This document shows positions 25,227 through 35,814 of a stretch of DNA of 42,425 nt, piece by piece; the stretch's first letter is position 1; the number at the start of each line of letters is the position of its first letter. The stretch comes from a virus. Below the pieces are notes generated by a model. It saw nothing but the letters and a program-made list of their open reading frames with translations. It made no database searches and was not told the origin of the DNA. Position numbers and translations under genes: made by a program. The DNA is taken from the UHGV virus genome UHGV-1357609; one strand, given 5' to 3'.

Positions 25227-26663
25227 GTGATTAGCATTAACTGGCCATGGGACAAACCATATCACGAACAAGTGGTAGAACAAATCAAACCGAAGTACGA
25301 AACGCAAGAAGAAATGATATTGCGCTTAGTTAGAGAGCATAAAGAGAATATAGACAATATTACAATGGGCGAAAGATATTATAATCATCATCCGGATATA
25401 CTAGACGCTCCTCCCAAAAGAGATGTGAACGGCGACTATGACGAAACTAAACCAGACTGGCGCATGTACACAAACTATCATCAAAACTTAGTAGACCAGA
25501 AAGTAGCTTATGCAGTAGCTAATCCAGTGACATTTGGTGTAGATAACGACAAAGCATTAAAGCAAATACAACATACACTTAATCACAAGTGGGATGACAA
25601 ATTAGTGGATATATTAACTGCTGCAAGTAATAAAGGTATCGAATGGGTTCAACCTTATGTAGATGAAGAGGGAGAGTTTAAAACGTTTCGTGTACCTGCA
25701 GAACAAGCTGTACCTATTTGGACTAATAAAGAAAGAGATGAACTGCAAGCGTTTATCCGTGTATATGAATTAGACGGAGCAGAACGCGTTGAGTATTGGA
25801 CTAAAGATGATGTGACATTCTATGAGTTGAAAGAAGGACAACTTATCCCTGATTTCTACCGTAGTGAAGATCATATACAACCTCATTATTATCAAGGTAA
25901 TAAATTGATGAGTTGGGGACGTGTTCCTTTTATTCCGTTCAAGAACAACCCGCAAGAAGTATCTGACTTATTCATGTATAAGACAATCATAGATGCGTTA
26001 GATAAGCGATTATCAGATACACAAAACACTTTTGACGAATCAGTAGAGTTAATCTATATCTTAAAAGGTTATGAAGGCGAAGATATGAAAGATTTCATGC
26101 ATAACCTTAAATACTATAAAGCGATTAGTGTTGCAGGGGAAAGTGGCTCCGGTGTAGATACTATCAAAGTAGAAGTGCCTATTGACTCTGTTAAGGAATA
26201 CACGAAGATGTTACGTGATTACATTATAGAGTTTGGACAAGGTGTAGACTTCCAACAAGATAAGTTTGGTAATAGCCCAAGTGGTATTGCACTTAAATTT
26301 ATGTACAGTAACTTAGACTTAAAAGCTAATAAATTGAAGAACAAAACACTTACTGCATTACAAGAGCTATTGCAGTACATTATCGACTTCTACAGATTAG
26401 ATGTGAGAGTGCAAGACATCGAGATTACATTCAACTTCAATGTAATGGTTAATGAGTTAGAAAACTCTCAAATCGCTATGAATTCTACAGGGTTATTATC
26501 TAAAGAAACTATTCTTGGTAATCATTCGTGGGTACAAGATCCTGTAGCTGAAATGGAAAGAATAGAGCAAGAAAACATAGAACTCAATCAACAACTCCCT
26601 GACATTGAGGAGGGATTGAATGACGAACAACAAAGACAATCCGAAGATAACCAATCAGAATGA
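25227..26663 (+). CDS. Portal protein (start codon uncertain)
   Basis: Its size and position after terL fit a portal. It starts at GTG 25227 or at a later ATG. Confidence 0.8.
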   Translation: MISINWPWDKPYHEQVVEQIKPKYETQEEMILRLVREHKENIDNITMGERYYNHHPDILDAPPKRDVNGDYDETKPDWRMYTNYHQNLVDQKVAYAVANPVTFGVDNDKALKQIQHTLNHKWDDKLVDILTAASNKGIEWVQPYVDEEGEFKTFRVPAEQAVPIWTNKERDELQAFIRVYELDGAERVEYWTKDDVTFYELKEGQLIPDFYRSEDHIQPHYYQGNKLMSWGRVPFIPFKNNPQEVSDLFMYKTIIDALDKRLSDTQNTFDESVELIYILKGYEGEDMKDFMHNLKYYKAISVAGESGSGVDTIKVEVPIDSVKEYTKMLRDYIIEFGQGVDFQQDKFGNSPSGIALKFMYSNLDLKANKLKNKTLTALQELLQYIIDFYRLDVRVQDIEITFNFNVMVNELENSQIAMNSTGLLSKETILGNHSWVQDPVAEMERIEQENIELNQQLPDIEEGLNDEQQRQSEDNQSE

Positions 26664-27573
26664 CATAGATAACTACATCGACAAACTGGTTAATCAAGCA
26701 GAGAAAGAAATCGAAATACTATTTGCTAAACGTTTGAAAGAAATCAAACAGATTATTGCGAATATGTACGAAAAGTACGATAGAGATGAACCGAAAGTCA
26801 CATGGACTGAATTTAATAAATACAACAGGCTCAACAAAGAACTTAATCGTATAGGACAGATGTTATCTCAAGACTACAGAGAAGTCGCTAAGGCTATCAA
26901 ACAATCACAACAGAACGTCTATATCGAAAAGTACATGATGAGCCTATTTTTGTATGAAGTAGCAAGTCAAACGTCTATGAACTTTGATATACCTACTTCG
27001 CAGACAATACAGACGGCAATTGAACAACCTATTGAGTTTATTAAGTTAGTACCTACACTGCAGAAACATCGTGACGATACATTAAAACGTATTCGTACAC
27101 ACATAACACAAGGCATTATGAGTGGTGAGGGATATTCTAAGATAGCTAAAGCATTAAGAAATGATTTAGGTATGTCAAAAGCTCAATCAGTGCGTGTAGC
27201 TAGAACAGAAACAGGGCGTGCATTGTCACAAGCTGGATTAGATAGCGCAATGGTAGCTAAAGATAATGGACTCGATATGAAGAAACGTTGGTATGCTACT
27301 AAAGACACACGCACACGTGATACACATAGACACTTAGACGGCACTTCAGTCGATATTGAAGATAACTTTCATTCTAGTGGTTGTGTAGGTCCTGCACCTA
27401 AGTTATTTGTAGGTGTAGCTAGTGCAAAAGAGAACATCAATTGTCGTTGTAAGCTTCTTTATTACATAGACGAAGATGAATTACCTACAACGATGAGAAC
27501 TAAAGAAGATGGCGTAATACCTTTCACTAACTATAGAGAGTGGGAGAAGAATAAACGGAAAGGTAGTGTCTGA
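26620..27573 (+). CDS. Minor head / head-morphogenesis protein (Mu F / SPP1 gp7-like)
   Basis: Its position after the portal and the RBS GAGGAGGG. Confidence 0.7.
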   Translation: MTNNKDNPKITNQNDIDNYIDKLVNQAEKEIEILFAKRLKEIKQIIANMYEKYDRDEPKVTWTEFNKYNRLNKELNRIGQMLSQDYREVAKAIKQSQQNVYIEKYMMSLFLYEVASQTSMNFDIPTSQTIQTAIEQPIEFIKLVPTLQKHRDDTLKRIRTHITQGIMSGEGYSKIAKALRNDLGMSKAQSVRVARTETGRALSQAGLDSAMVAKDNGLDMKKRWYATKDTRTRDTHRHLDGTSVDIEDNFHSSGCVGPAPKLFVGVASAKENINCRCKLLYYIDEDELPTTMRTKEDGVIPFTNYREWEKNKRKGSV

Positions 27574-27680
27574 TTATGAGCGAAGATAATTTAATTAAGT
27601 TATATTTCTTAAAAGATTACATTCTTGTTATTCACTCAGACGGTAGTGAAGAAAGAAGAAAGTATAAAGAAGGTGTTTAG

Positions 27681-27887
27681 ATGGAGTTTAACGTAAAGGT
27701 TAATATTGACGCTGATGAAGCAATTGAGAAATTAGAGCGTATCAAACAACTATATGAAGAAATTAACCGATTAAAGAACGATAGATCAGTTGTAAAGGTA
27801 GGAATAAGCAACGAAGCTAACACAGAACAAATTAAAAATCACATTAATAAAAGTAATGCTGAAAATGCAAATTTTAACTTATTCTAG
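27681..27887 (+). CDS. Hypothetical small head-module protein
   Basis: ORF followed by a terminator hairpin. Confidence 0.4.
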   Translation: MEFNVKVNIDADEAIEKLERIKQLYEEINRLKNDRSVVKVGISNEANTEQIKNHINKSNAENANFNLF

Positions 27888-27917
27888 CTAACACTAAAAT
27901 GTGTTGGCTATTTTTTA
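27885..27917 (+). terminator. Intrinsic terminator/attenuator inside the head operon
   Basis: Stem TAGCTAACAC/GTGTTGGCTA, followed by TTTTTT. Confidence 0.55.
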
Positions 27918-28001
27918 TGCCCAAAAATGCTCAAGGCGTTAAAAGGTGCAAACTCATGGTGGATAAGACCACCGTAATAAAAAATGTGAGGAGTAGTAAT
28001 A

Positions 28002-28598
28002 ATGAAAAGAGAATTTTTACGTGGTTTAGGTGTCGAAGAAGATGCTATTCAAAAGATTATCGACGAACATCATGAAGGTTTGCAATCATATAAAGAGAAG
28101 GCAGAGAAAGTTGATTCACTAAAAGAACAATTAGACACTGCTAACGAAGAAATTAAAAATCGTGATAATCAAATTGAAGAACTCAAAAATAATGTTGGTG
28201 ATAACGATGAACTTAAACAAGAGTTAGAAAAATATAAAGAACAAAACGCTAACTACGATCAAAAACTCAAAGACGTTCAGTTAAATAAAGCTATCGAAGT
28301 ATCTTTAGCTAAAGAAAAAGCGATTAAACCTGAACAAGTAATCAAACTAATTGATAAAGATAATTTAGAAGTTGATGACAACGGAAATGTCAAAGGATTA
28401 GATGATTACATGAGTGAGTTCAAAAAAGAGAATGAGCATTTGTTTGAACAATCTAAACCAAGCGGACGTACGCCGAATGACGGAAAAAGCGTTGCTGGCG
28501 GAATAACACAAGAACAGTTCAACAATATGAGCGTAGATGAAAGAACTGATCTATTTATGAATGATAGAAAAACATACGACGCTCTAATAAACAATTAG
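28002..28598 (+). CDS. Scaffolding protein
   Basis: Coiled-coil protein rich in E and K, located immediately upstream of the major capsid gene. Confidence 0.75.
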   Translation: MKREFLRGLGVEEDAIQKIIDEHHEGLQSYKEKAEKVDSLKEQLDTANEEIKNRDNQIEELKNNVGDNDELKQELEKYKEQNANYDQKLKDVQLNKAIEVSLAKEKAIKPEQVIKLIDKDNLEVDDNGNVKGLDDYMSEFKKENEHLFEQSKPSGRTPNDGKSVAGGITQEQFNNMSVDERTDLFMNDRKTYDALINN

Positions 28599-28615
28599 AA
28601 AAGAGGTAATAACAT

Positions 28616-29446
28616 ATGGCACAAGGAACAACAACTAAAAGTACACAAATCGTTCCAGAAGTATTAGCACCTATGATGCAAGCAGAATTAGATAAGAAAT
28701 TAAGATTTGCGCAATTTGCGGACATCGACAGTACATTAGTAGGACAACCAGGTGACACTTTAACTTTCCCTGCATTTGTTTATAGTGGTGACGCTACAGT
28801 AGTACCTGAAGGACAAAAAATTCCTGTAGACAAAATTGAAACTAACAGACGTGAAGCTAAAATTCATAAAATCGGTAAAGGTACTGATATTACTGACGAA
28901 GCTTTATTGTCTGGTTATGGAGACCCACAAGGCGAAGCAGTACGTCAACACGGTTTAGCTATTGCTAACAAAGTAGATAATGACGTATTAGAAGCTTTAC
29001 GAGGTACGAAATTAACTGTAAGTGCAGACATCGGCACATTAGCAGGTTTAGAAGCTGCTATTGATACATTTGACGATGAAGATTTAGAACCAATGGTATT
29101 ATTCATTAATCCTAAAGACGCTGGTAAGTTGCGCTCTAGTGCTTCAGATAACTTCACTCGAGCTACTGAATTAGGCGATAACATTATCGTTAAAGGTGCA
29201 TTTGGTGAAGCTTTAGGTGCAGTAATTGTACGTTCTAAGAAATTAGATGAGGGCGAAGCTATTTTAGCTAAACGTGGTGCAGTTAAACTTATCACTAAAC
29301 GTGATTTCTTCTTAGAAACTGACCGTGATCCTTCAACTAAGACAACTGCTTTATACAGTGATAAACACTATGTAGCATACTTATATGACGAATCTAAAGC
29401 AGTTAAGGTAACTAAAGGCGCAGGAACTACAGACTCAGGTGCATAA
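28616..29446 (+). CDS. Major capsid protein
   Basis: Its position after the scaffold gene and its size. Confidence 0.8.
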   Translation: MAQGTTTKSTQIVPEVLAPMMQAELDKKLRFAQFADIDSTLVGQPGDTLTFPAFVYSGDATVVPEGQKIPVDKIETNRREAKIHKIGKGTDITDEALLSGYGDPQGEAVRQHGLAIANKVDNDVLEALRGTKLTVSADIGTLAGLEAAIDTFDDEDLEPMVLFINPKDAGKLRSSASDNFTRATELGDNIIVKGAFGEALGAVIVRSKKLDEGEAILAKRGAVKLITKRDFFLETDRDPSTKTTALYSDKHYVAYLYDESKAVKVTKGAGTTDSGA

Positions 29447-29462
29447 AAGGAGGTAGTGACGT

Positions 29463-29753
29463 ATGTATAAGGTAATCGTGTATTTCACAGACTTACAAGA
29501 TGACAACTACGAGTATAACGTTGGAGACACGTTCCCTCGTAAAGGTTTAAATGTAAGTGATGAGCGATTAACTGAACTATCCACAAAAGAAAACCGTCAA
29601 AACAAGCCCCTTATTGAGCGTGTAGAGAGCGATAAAGACTTAAAAGGTATGAAAGTATCAGAATTAAGAGAACTCGCTAAAGAACGTGAAATAGAGGGAT
29701 TTTCTAGTATGAAAAAAGATGAACTCGTTGAAGCATTAGGAAGTGTTAAGTAA
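29463..29753 (+). CDS. Head protein with a Rho_N-like C-terminal domain
   Basis: Motif LKGMKVSELRELAKEREIEGFSSMKKDELVEAL. Confidence 0.5.
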   Translation: MYKVIVYFTDLQDDNYEYNVGDTFPRKGLNVSDERLTELSTKENRQNKPLIERVESDKDLKGMKVSELRELAKEREIEGFSSMKKDELVEALGSVK

Positions 29754-30067
29754 TGAACGCACAAGACGTTAAATTATTAAATAATCTTTCACTCGATGAT
29801 ACTTCAAATGACGAAACAATCGAATTACTTATTGAAAAGTATCTGAATGTAGCTGAAGAATATTGTAATCAAACATTCAATAGACAGTCATTACCTAGTA
29901 ATGTAGAGAAATTCATTGCTAACTGTATTAAACAAGGTACGACTAGCAATATTTCTTCACGTACTATGGGTACTGTGAGCTACACTTTCGTTACTGATCT
30001 ACCTAAGGAAACATACGGTTATCTAAAACCATTTAGACGCTTACGTTGGAGTGGTTATCATGTTTAA
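29753..30067 (+). CDS. Head-tail connector (gp6-like)
   Basis: Position and size. Confidence 0.6.
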   Translation: MNAQDVKLLNNLSLDDTSNDETIELLIEKYLNVAEEYCNQTFNRQSLPSNVEKFIANCIKQGTTSNISSRTMGTVSYTFVTDLPKETYGYLKPFRRLRWSGYHV

Positions 30068-30389
30068 CCCATACAATGAGTTTCCTCATACAATCGAATT
30101 AGGCTCAAGAGAAGTTGTAGGAGAGTATCCACGTGAACAAGAGCGCTTTAAGAGTGAAAAAACAATACAAGGCTTTATGGATACTCCCACTTCATCTGAA
30201 CAACTCAAGTTTCATCAAATGAACCAATCATACGACAGAAACCTATATACGCCGTACAGCCTGCCAATAACTAACAAAAACTTATTCAAATACAACGGTA
30301 AAACTTACGAAGTAGTAGGAGAACCTGTCGACCAAGGCGGACAACAAGAAATCAACTTAACAAGATTGAGAGAATGTCCTGTTGGCTAA
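30051..30389 (+). CDS. Head closure / head-tail adaptor
   Basis: Position. Confidence 0.55.
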   Translation: MVIMFNPYNEFPHTIELGSREVVGEYPREQERFKSEKTIQGFMDTPTSSEQLKFHQMNQSYDRNLYTPYSLPITNKNLFKYNGKTYEVVGEPVDQGGQQEINLTRLRECPVG

Positions 30390-30795
30390 GGTTAAATACG
30401 GAAATTGGGATTTAGTTAAGGAACTTGAGGAGTTTGAAAAAGAAACGATTAGATGGGCTAAAAAAGGTATAGCCAAGACAACAACAATTATTCACAATTC
30501 AATAGTTAGTAACATGCCCGTTGATACCGGTTATCTTAGAGAAAGTGTTTCTATGGACTTTAAGAAGGGCGGATTAACAGGCGTTATTAATATCGTCAGT
30601 GAGTACGCAGTTTACGTCAACTACGGTACAGGGATATACGCAGTCGGTCCGGGTGGTAGTCGTGCAAAGAATATCCCGTGGCGTTACAAAGACGCAGACG
30701 GACATTGGCACACAACTAAAGGGCAACATGCACAGCCTTTTTGGGAACCTGCAATCGATGAAGGTAGAGCGTTTTTCAATAAGTATTTTTCATAA
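30382..30795 (+). CDS. HK97 gp10-like tail-to-head joining protein
   Basis: Position and size. Confidence 0.55.
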   Translation: MAKVKYGNWDLVKELEEFEKETIRWAKKGIAKTTTIIHNSIVSNMPVDTGYLRESVSMDFKKGGLTGVINIVSEYAVYVNYGTGIYAVGPGGSRAKNIPWRYKDADGHWHTTKGQHAQPFWEPAIDEGRAFFNKYFS

Positions 30796-30807
30796 GGTGG
30801 TTAAGAT

Positions 30808-31245
30808 ATGTGGGTATCAGTAGAACGGTATCTGTTTAACAAGATATATAACAAATTAAAAAGCAACCCTATCATCAAAAAACAGCTTGGTGGTAGGGTT
30901 TTTGATTGCGTTCAAAAAGACGCTGTTTACCCATATATCGTTGTGGGTGAAACAAACGTCACTAACAAAGAGACAACGACAAGTATGTTTGAAGATGTAG
31001 GCGTTACATTGCATGTTTATAGCCAAGCTAGAAATAGAGATGAAGCCTCACAAATCATCCAATACTTAGGTTTTGTACTTAACTCTGAAATAGAAATAAA
31101 TAACTACTCATTTATTAAAAGTCGAATTGATACACAAGAAGTGATAACTGATATTGATCAGTACACAAAGCACGGTATCATTCGGCTTATTTTTAAATAC
31201 AGACACAATACTTTACAAAGGAGTGTAACGAATGGCGCAGAATAA
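30808..31245 (+). CDS. Tail terminator / tail completion protein
   Basis: Located immediately upstream of the major tail gene. Confidence 0.5.
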   Translation: MWVSVERYLFNKIYNKLKSNPIIKKQLGGRVFDCVQKDAVYPYIVVGETNVTNKETTTSMFEDVGVTLHVYSQARNRDEASQIIQYLGFVLNSEIEINNYSFIKSRIDTQEVITDIDQYTKHGIIRLIFKYRHNTLQRSVTNGAE

Positions 31246-31771
31246 ATACATTGCAGCGTTACAAATTGCTGACAAAGTTTTAGCGAGTCAGTTAAAAGAA
31301 GAAGATGCTATTCTGTTAGCTAGTTTAGCTGAAGGTGGACACACAATCAGTAATGATTTAGCTGAAATGATTACAGGTGGCAAAAAAGACTACGGTCGTA
31401 ACTCTGTAGAAGAAGAAATCAAGTTAACTGTTGACCGTGTTCCTGGCGACAAAGGTCAAGAAGCTTTAAAAGAGTCAGTTAAAAACTTCAAGCAGTTACG
31501 TTTATGGATTTGGGAAGTTAAGAAACGTGACGGTAAACATCACGGTACTTTCGCTTATGTAATTGTAGAAGAGCACGAATGGTCATTTGATGATGAGGAT
31601 GACAAAATCGAAATCACTGCAAAAGTTAAATTTAACAGTGCAGACGGTTCTGTTGATTCATTACCACCAGAATGGCTCAACCCTAGTGCTGCTGCTCCTA
31701 CAGTTGAATGGGAAGATATGGGAGCTTATACAGACTCATACGAAAACCGTACACCTAGTGCTGGTGCATAA
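31232..31771 (+). CDS. Major tail protein
   Basis: Its position, plus a downstream attenuator hairpin, fit a highly expressed tail-tube gene. Confidence 0.65.
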   Translation: MAQNKYIAALQIADKVLASQLKEEDAILLASLAEGGHTISNDLAEMITGGKKDYGRNSVEEEIKLTVDRVPGDKGQEALKESVKNFKQLRLWIWEVKKRDGKHHGTFAYVIVEEHEWSFDDEDDKIEITAKVKFNSADGSVDSLPPEWLNPSAAAPTVEWEDMGAYTDSYENRTPSAGA

Positions 31772-31778
31772 GTTTTAC

Positions 31779-31804
31779 GAGGGCATTAAGCCCTCTATTT
31801 TTTT
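31779..31804 (+). terminator. Attenuator/terminator after the major tail gene
   Basis: Stem GAGGGC/GCCCTC, followed by TATTTTTTT. Confidence 0.6.
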
Positions 31805-31832
31805 GTACAAAATAACAGAAAGAGGTTAAAGA

Positions 31833-32327
31833 ATGACTGAAAATACAATCAATCCTATTACTACATTAGAGTTCAACGGAGAAGAAGTAGAGGCAAAAGC
31901 TACTTTCTTATTTGATAAAACTGCTAAGAAATTTGCTAAGGACGAGCAAGACGAAAATGGTAAAACAACTAAAGTGTCTGGTTTTAATGCTATTTATAAT
32001 GGCATTTTAGAACGTGATCCAATTGCAATTGCTGATTTTTGGGAATGTGCAACAGCTTATCTAGGTAAGAACGCACCTAAACGTGAAGATATCGAACAAA
32101 CACTAATGGATATTATCGAAGAAAAACAAGACTCTATCGAATTATTACAAGGTGCATTGCAAGTTTTAAATCATAGTGGTTTTTTCAAACAGAAATCACG
32201 TCTATTCTGGACACAAATGAACTCGGCTCCATCTATGGTCAAAGAAGAAGAGAAAGAGTCTACGAAGAACGGTATCGAGTTCATGAAGAACAATTACAAA
32301 GAAATCATGGGCGAGCTACCTTACTAG
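31833..32327 (+). CDS. Tail assembly chaperone (gpG-like)
   Basis: Located immediately upstream of the tape measure gene. Confidence 0.6.
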   Translation: MTENTINPITTLEFNGEEVEAKATFLFDKTAKKFAKDEQDENGKTTKVSGFNAIYNGILERDPIAIADFWECATAYLGKNAPKREDIEQTLMDIIEEKQDSIELLQGALQVLNHSGFFKQKSRLFWTQMNSAPSMVKEEEKESTKNGIEFMKNNYKEIMGELPY

Positions 32328-32389
32328 ATTATTCAGAAATACGGCAGATAACCAGTCAATACATAGGCTATCTTCCTTATGATGAATTA

Positions 32390-32692
32390 ATGAGTTTGAC
32401 GCCTAATGAATGGAAAGACTGGGTTGTAGGTCGTAGATTGGCGTTACTTGATGAACAAGAAACTTTATTATTTGGTGCTCAAGCTAACGGTCTTGTGCAA
32501 GCTGGTAAATCACTTAAACGATTACAGAAGCAGTTAGAGCGTGCAAGATACGAAGTACGTGGACAGTCAGAAGAATACGAACGTATGAAAGAACGTAAGT
32601 TAGCACATAACAAACGCATTAGAAATGTTCAGAAACAAGGTACACGACGCTTTATGAATTCATTACGCAATACTAGTCAAAAAGGAGGTTAG
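32390..32692 (+). CDS. Second tail assembly chaperone (gpT-like), a separate ORF rather than a frameshift product
   Basis: Located immediately upstream of the tape measure gene. It is a basic protein. Confidence 0.5.
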   Translation: MSLTPNEWKDWVVGRRLALLDEQETLLFGAQANGLVQAGKSLKRLQKQLERARYEVRGQSEEYERMKERKLAHNKRIRNVQKQGTRRFMNSLRNTSQKGG

Positions 32693-32694
32693 CC

Positions 32695-35600
32695 ATGAAT
32701 AAAAACTTTATGGCTCGTATATCGGCGATCATTACAGATTTCCAACGGAATATCAGAAAAGCTCAACGTATGGCTAAAACTGAAATACCTGACGAGATTG
32801 AAACACAAGTCGATGCGAATATCAGTAAGTTTAAACGAGCCTTAAACACTGCAAAAGCAATGGCTCAACGTTGGCGAGAACATACCGTTGATATAGACGG
32901 AAATGCTAACCCTGTTAAACGAGCAATTGCAGTAGTTAAAGAGAAATTACAGCAATTAAGAGATAAAGAAGTAGATATTAAAGGTAACAACAACCCCTTA
33001 AAACGTTCAGTATTAGGTGCTAAAGCTATGCTTGCAACCTTACATGATAAAACAGTAAAAGTTAACTTTGATACAAGAGGGATGACAAGAGCTCAAGTAT
33101 TAACTAGAGCTTTAAGTCAGTCTTTAGATGAATACGGCGACAAAATGGATAGATTAGCTACTCGTATTCGTACATTTGGTACTGTGTTTGGACAACAAAT
33201 CAAAGGTGTGCTAATCGCTAGTTTTCAAGGTCTTATTCCTATTATAGCTGGTTTAGTACCCGCCATCATGGCAGTAGCTAACGCATTAGGTGTAGTTGCT
33301 GGTGGTGCATTAGGTGTAGCTGGTGCATTTGGTATTGCTGCAAGTGGTGCGTTTGCATTTGGCACTATGGCAGTAAGTGCAATTAAAATGTTGAATGACG
33401 GAACATTACAAGCTACTGCGCAAACAAGAAGATACCAAGCGTCTTTAGAACAAGTTAAATCAACTTGGGAAGGTATTATCAAGCAAAATCAATCTCAAAT
33501 ATTCAATACGTTATCTAACGCTTTAGACACTGTTAACGTAGCTTTAGGACGCATGAAACCATTCTTAGCAGGTATCTCTAAAGGAATGGAACAAGCTTCA
33601 CAGAGTGTCTTAAAATGGGCTCAAAACAGCCAAACTGCTAGCAAGTTCTTTAACATGATGAATACAACAGGTGTTAAGACATTCAACACATTATTAAGTG
33701 CTGCAGGACGTTTTGGTGACGGACTTATTAATGTATTCACTCAATTAGGTCCACTATTCTTATGGACTGCTAAAGGCTTAGATAATCTAGGTAAAAAGTT
33801 CCAAAACTGGGCTAACAGTGTAGCAGGTCAGAACGCTATTAAGTCGTTTATTGAATACACTAAAACTAATTTACCTAAAATAGGTCAAATATTTGGCAAT
33901 GTATTCATGGGTATTGGTAACTTGATGAAAGCGTTCGCTCAAAACAGTTCTAATATCTTTGATTGGCTAGTTAAAATGACTGCTAAGTTTAGAGAATGGT
34001 CTGAACAAGTTGGTAAATCTGAAGGGTTTAAAAAGTTTGTTCAGTATGTACAAGAGAATGGCCCAGTCATTATGGATCTAATCGGTAATATCGTAAGAGT
34101 TTTGGTTGCATTCGGCACTGCAATGGCACCAATAGCAAGCGTGATATTAAAAGTAGTAACGGCATTAGCTGGTTTCATAGCTAAGTTGTTTGAAACACAC
34201 CCAGCTATAGCTCGAATGGTTGGTATAGGTATGATACTCGGTGGTATGTTGTGGGCTTTACTAGCACCAATCATCGCAGTAAGTACAGTGCTATCTAATG
34301 TGTTCGGTGTAGGTTTAATCCAAGCTATCGGTAAAATGTTAGCTTTTGCTAGAAACACTCAAATACTTAGAAGTGCATTAAACTTAGTAAAAATAGCTTT
34401 CAGGCTCCTTATGAGCCCTATTAGTACAATTATGCGTATCTTACCTATGTTAAGTGGTGCTTTCCAAACATTGGGTGTAGCTATAGGCGCGATTTCATGG
34501 CCTGTATTGGCTATCATAGGCGTTATCGTTGCTTTAATAGGTATTATTGTTTGGTTATGGAAAACGAACGAGAATTTCAGAAAAACTTGTGTTGAAGCTT
34601 GGAACACAATTAAAGATACGATAATGAACGCTGTAAAAACAGTGATTAACTGGTTTAATCAGTTCAGAGCGTCTATCGAACAAACGCTCCAACCAATTAT
34701 GCCTATCTTACAAATGTTAGGACAAGTTGCAAACCAAGTTCTCGGCTTCTTATTCATCAGCCTCATCAATGGTTTAGTAACTGCTTTCCAATCTCTTTGG
34801 ACTGTGATTTCAGTAGTATTCACTGCGATAGGTGGAATACTACAAGCTGCTACGCAATTGATTTTCGGTTTGTTTACTGCATTAATACAGCTCCTTACCG
34901 GAGATTTTTCTGGCGCTTGGCAAACTTTACAAACTACGATTTCTAATGTAATGACTACGATTTGGAATACCATATTGTCAATTTGGGGCCAAATTTCTAA
35001 CTTCATATTCAATGTTTTGAACAGAATACTTGGTACTAATATTACAAGTTGGAACCAAATTTGGTCTGCGATTTCAGGTGCAGTTACTAGAATATGGAAT
35101 ACAGTATCAAGTTGGTTTTCACGTGTAGTTTCAACTGTTGCTCAAAAAATGATGCAAGCATTAAGTCGCATCATTTCTGGTGGTGCTCGTTGGGTTTCAA
35201 GTATCATTTCTGCGATGAGTAGATTTGTTCAAGGCGTGGTTAGTGGTTTTGTTAGAGTTGTATCTCAAGTGGCTTCTGGTATGGGTAGAGCTGTTTCCAA
35301 AGTCAGAAGTTTCTTCGGACAAATGGTATCTGCAGGATTGCATATTGCGTCGGGGATTGCAAAAGGTATTGCAAATGGTGCAAGTAGAGTTATAAATGCT
35401 GCTGCAAACATCGCTAAAAAAGCAGTTAGTGCAGCTAAAAACGTACTAGGTATTCACTCACCTTCACGTGTGTTCAGAGGTATAGGTGGATATATTTCTC
35501 AAGGTTTAGGTATTGGTATTATGGAACAAAGCAATAGTGCTATTAATGCCAGTCGTCGTTTAGCGAAAGATGTAACTAACGCATTTAGCCCTGATTTAAA

Positions 35601-35799
35601 CACTGATTTAACATCAGACTTAACAGGTGGATTAAATAGCGATGTGAACGCACATATGAGTAAAGACGTACGCCATAGCATGCAAGAGAACAATAAACCT
35701 ATCGTCAACGTGACTGTTCGCAATGAGTCAGATATACCGGCTATTAAATCTTACATTGAAGATTCCAACTCAAAAGACGCAAGTTTCGGATTATTTTAA
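32695..35799 (+). CDS. Tape measure protein
   Basis: 1034 aa with coiled coils, a central Ala/Gly/Ile-rich TM-like region and a Trp-containing periodic C-terminal half. Confidence 0.9.
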   Translation: MNKNFMARISAIITDFQRNIRKAQRMAKTEIPDEIETQVDANISKFKRALNTAKAMAQRWREHTVDIDGNANPVKRAIAVVKEKLQQLRDKEVDIKGNNNPLKRSVLGAKAMLATLHDKTVKVNFDTRGMTRAQVLTRALSQSLDEYGDKMDRLATRIRTFGTVFGQQIKGVLIASFQGLIPIIAGLVPAIMAVANALGVVAGGALGVAGAFGIAASGAFAFGTMAVSAIKMLNDGTLQATAQTRRYQASLEQVKSTWEGIIKQNQSQIFNTLSNALDTVNVALGRMKPFLAGISKGMEQASQSVLKWAQNSQTASKFFNMMNTTGVKTFNTLLSAAGRFGDGLINVFTQLGPLFLWTAKGLDNLGKKFQNWANSVAGQNAIKSFIEYTKTNLPKIGQIFGNVFMGIGNLMKAFAQNSSNIFDWLVKMTAKFREWSEQVGKSEGFKKFVQYVQENGPVIMDLIGNIVRVLVAFGTAMAPIASVILKVVTALAGFIAKLFETHPAIARMVGIGMILGGMLWALLAPIIAVSTVLSNVFGVGLIQAIGKMLAFARNTQILRSALNLVKIAFRLLMSPISTIMRILPMLSGAFQTLGVAIGAISWPVLAIIGVIVALIGIIVWLWKTNENFRKTCVEAWNTIKDTIMNAVKTVINWFNQFRASIEQTLQPIMPILQMLGQVANQVLGFLFISLINGLVTAFQSLWTVISVVFTAIGGILQAATQLIFGLFTALIQLLTGDFSGAWQTLQTTISNVMTTIWNTILSIWGQISNFIFNVLNRILGTNITSWNQIWSAISGAVTRIWNTVSSWFSRVVSTVAQKMMQALSRIISGGARWVSSIISAMSRFVQGVVSGFVRVVSQVASGMGRAVSKVRSFFGQMVSAGLHIASGIAKGIANGASRVINAAANIAKKAVSAAKNVLGIHSPSRVFRGIGGYISQGLGIGIMEQSNSAINASRRLAKDVTNAFSPDLNTDLTSDLTGGLNSDVNAHMSKDVRHSMQENNKPIVNVTVRNESDIPAIKSYIEDSNSKDASFGLF

Positions 35800-35814
35800 A
35801 GGAGTGATTGTTAA

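Noticed and set aside
27576-27680. 34-aa ORF between the minor head gene and 27681..27887
   Set aside because: It is very short with a weak RBS, and it cannot be supported from sequence alone.
31833-32692. Programmed -1 frameshift joining the two tail chaperone ORFs
   Set aside because: The ORFs are separated by a 62-nt gap containing in-frame stops, and no slippery heptamer overlaps them. They are treated as two separate genes.
33225-35723. Several minus-strand ORFs of 74-117 aa inside the tape measure gene
   Set aside because: They are Ala/Ile/Pro-rich antisense frames of a long repetitive CDS, which is not credible coding sequence.
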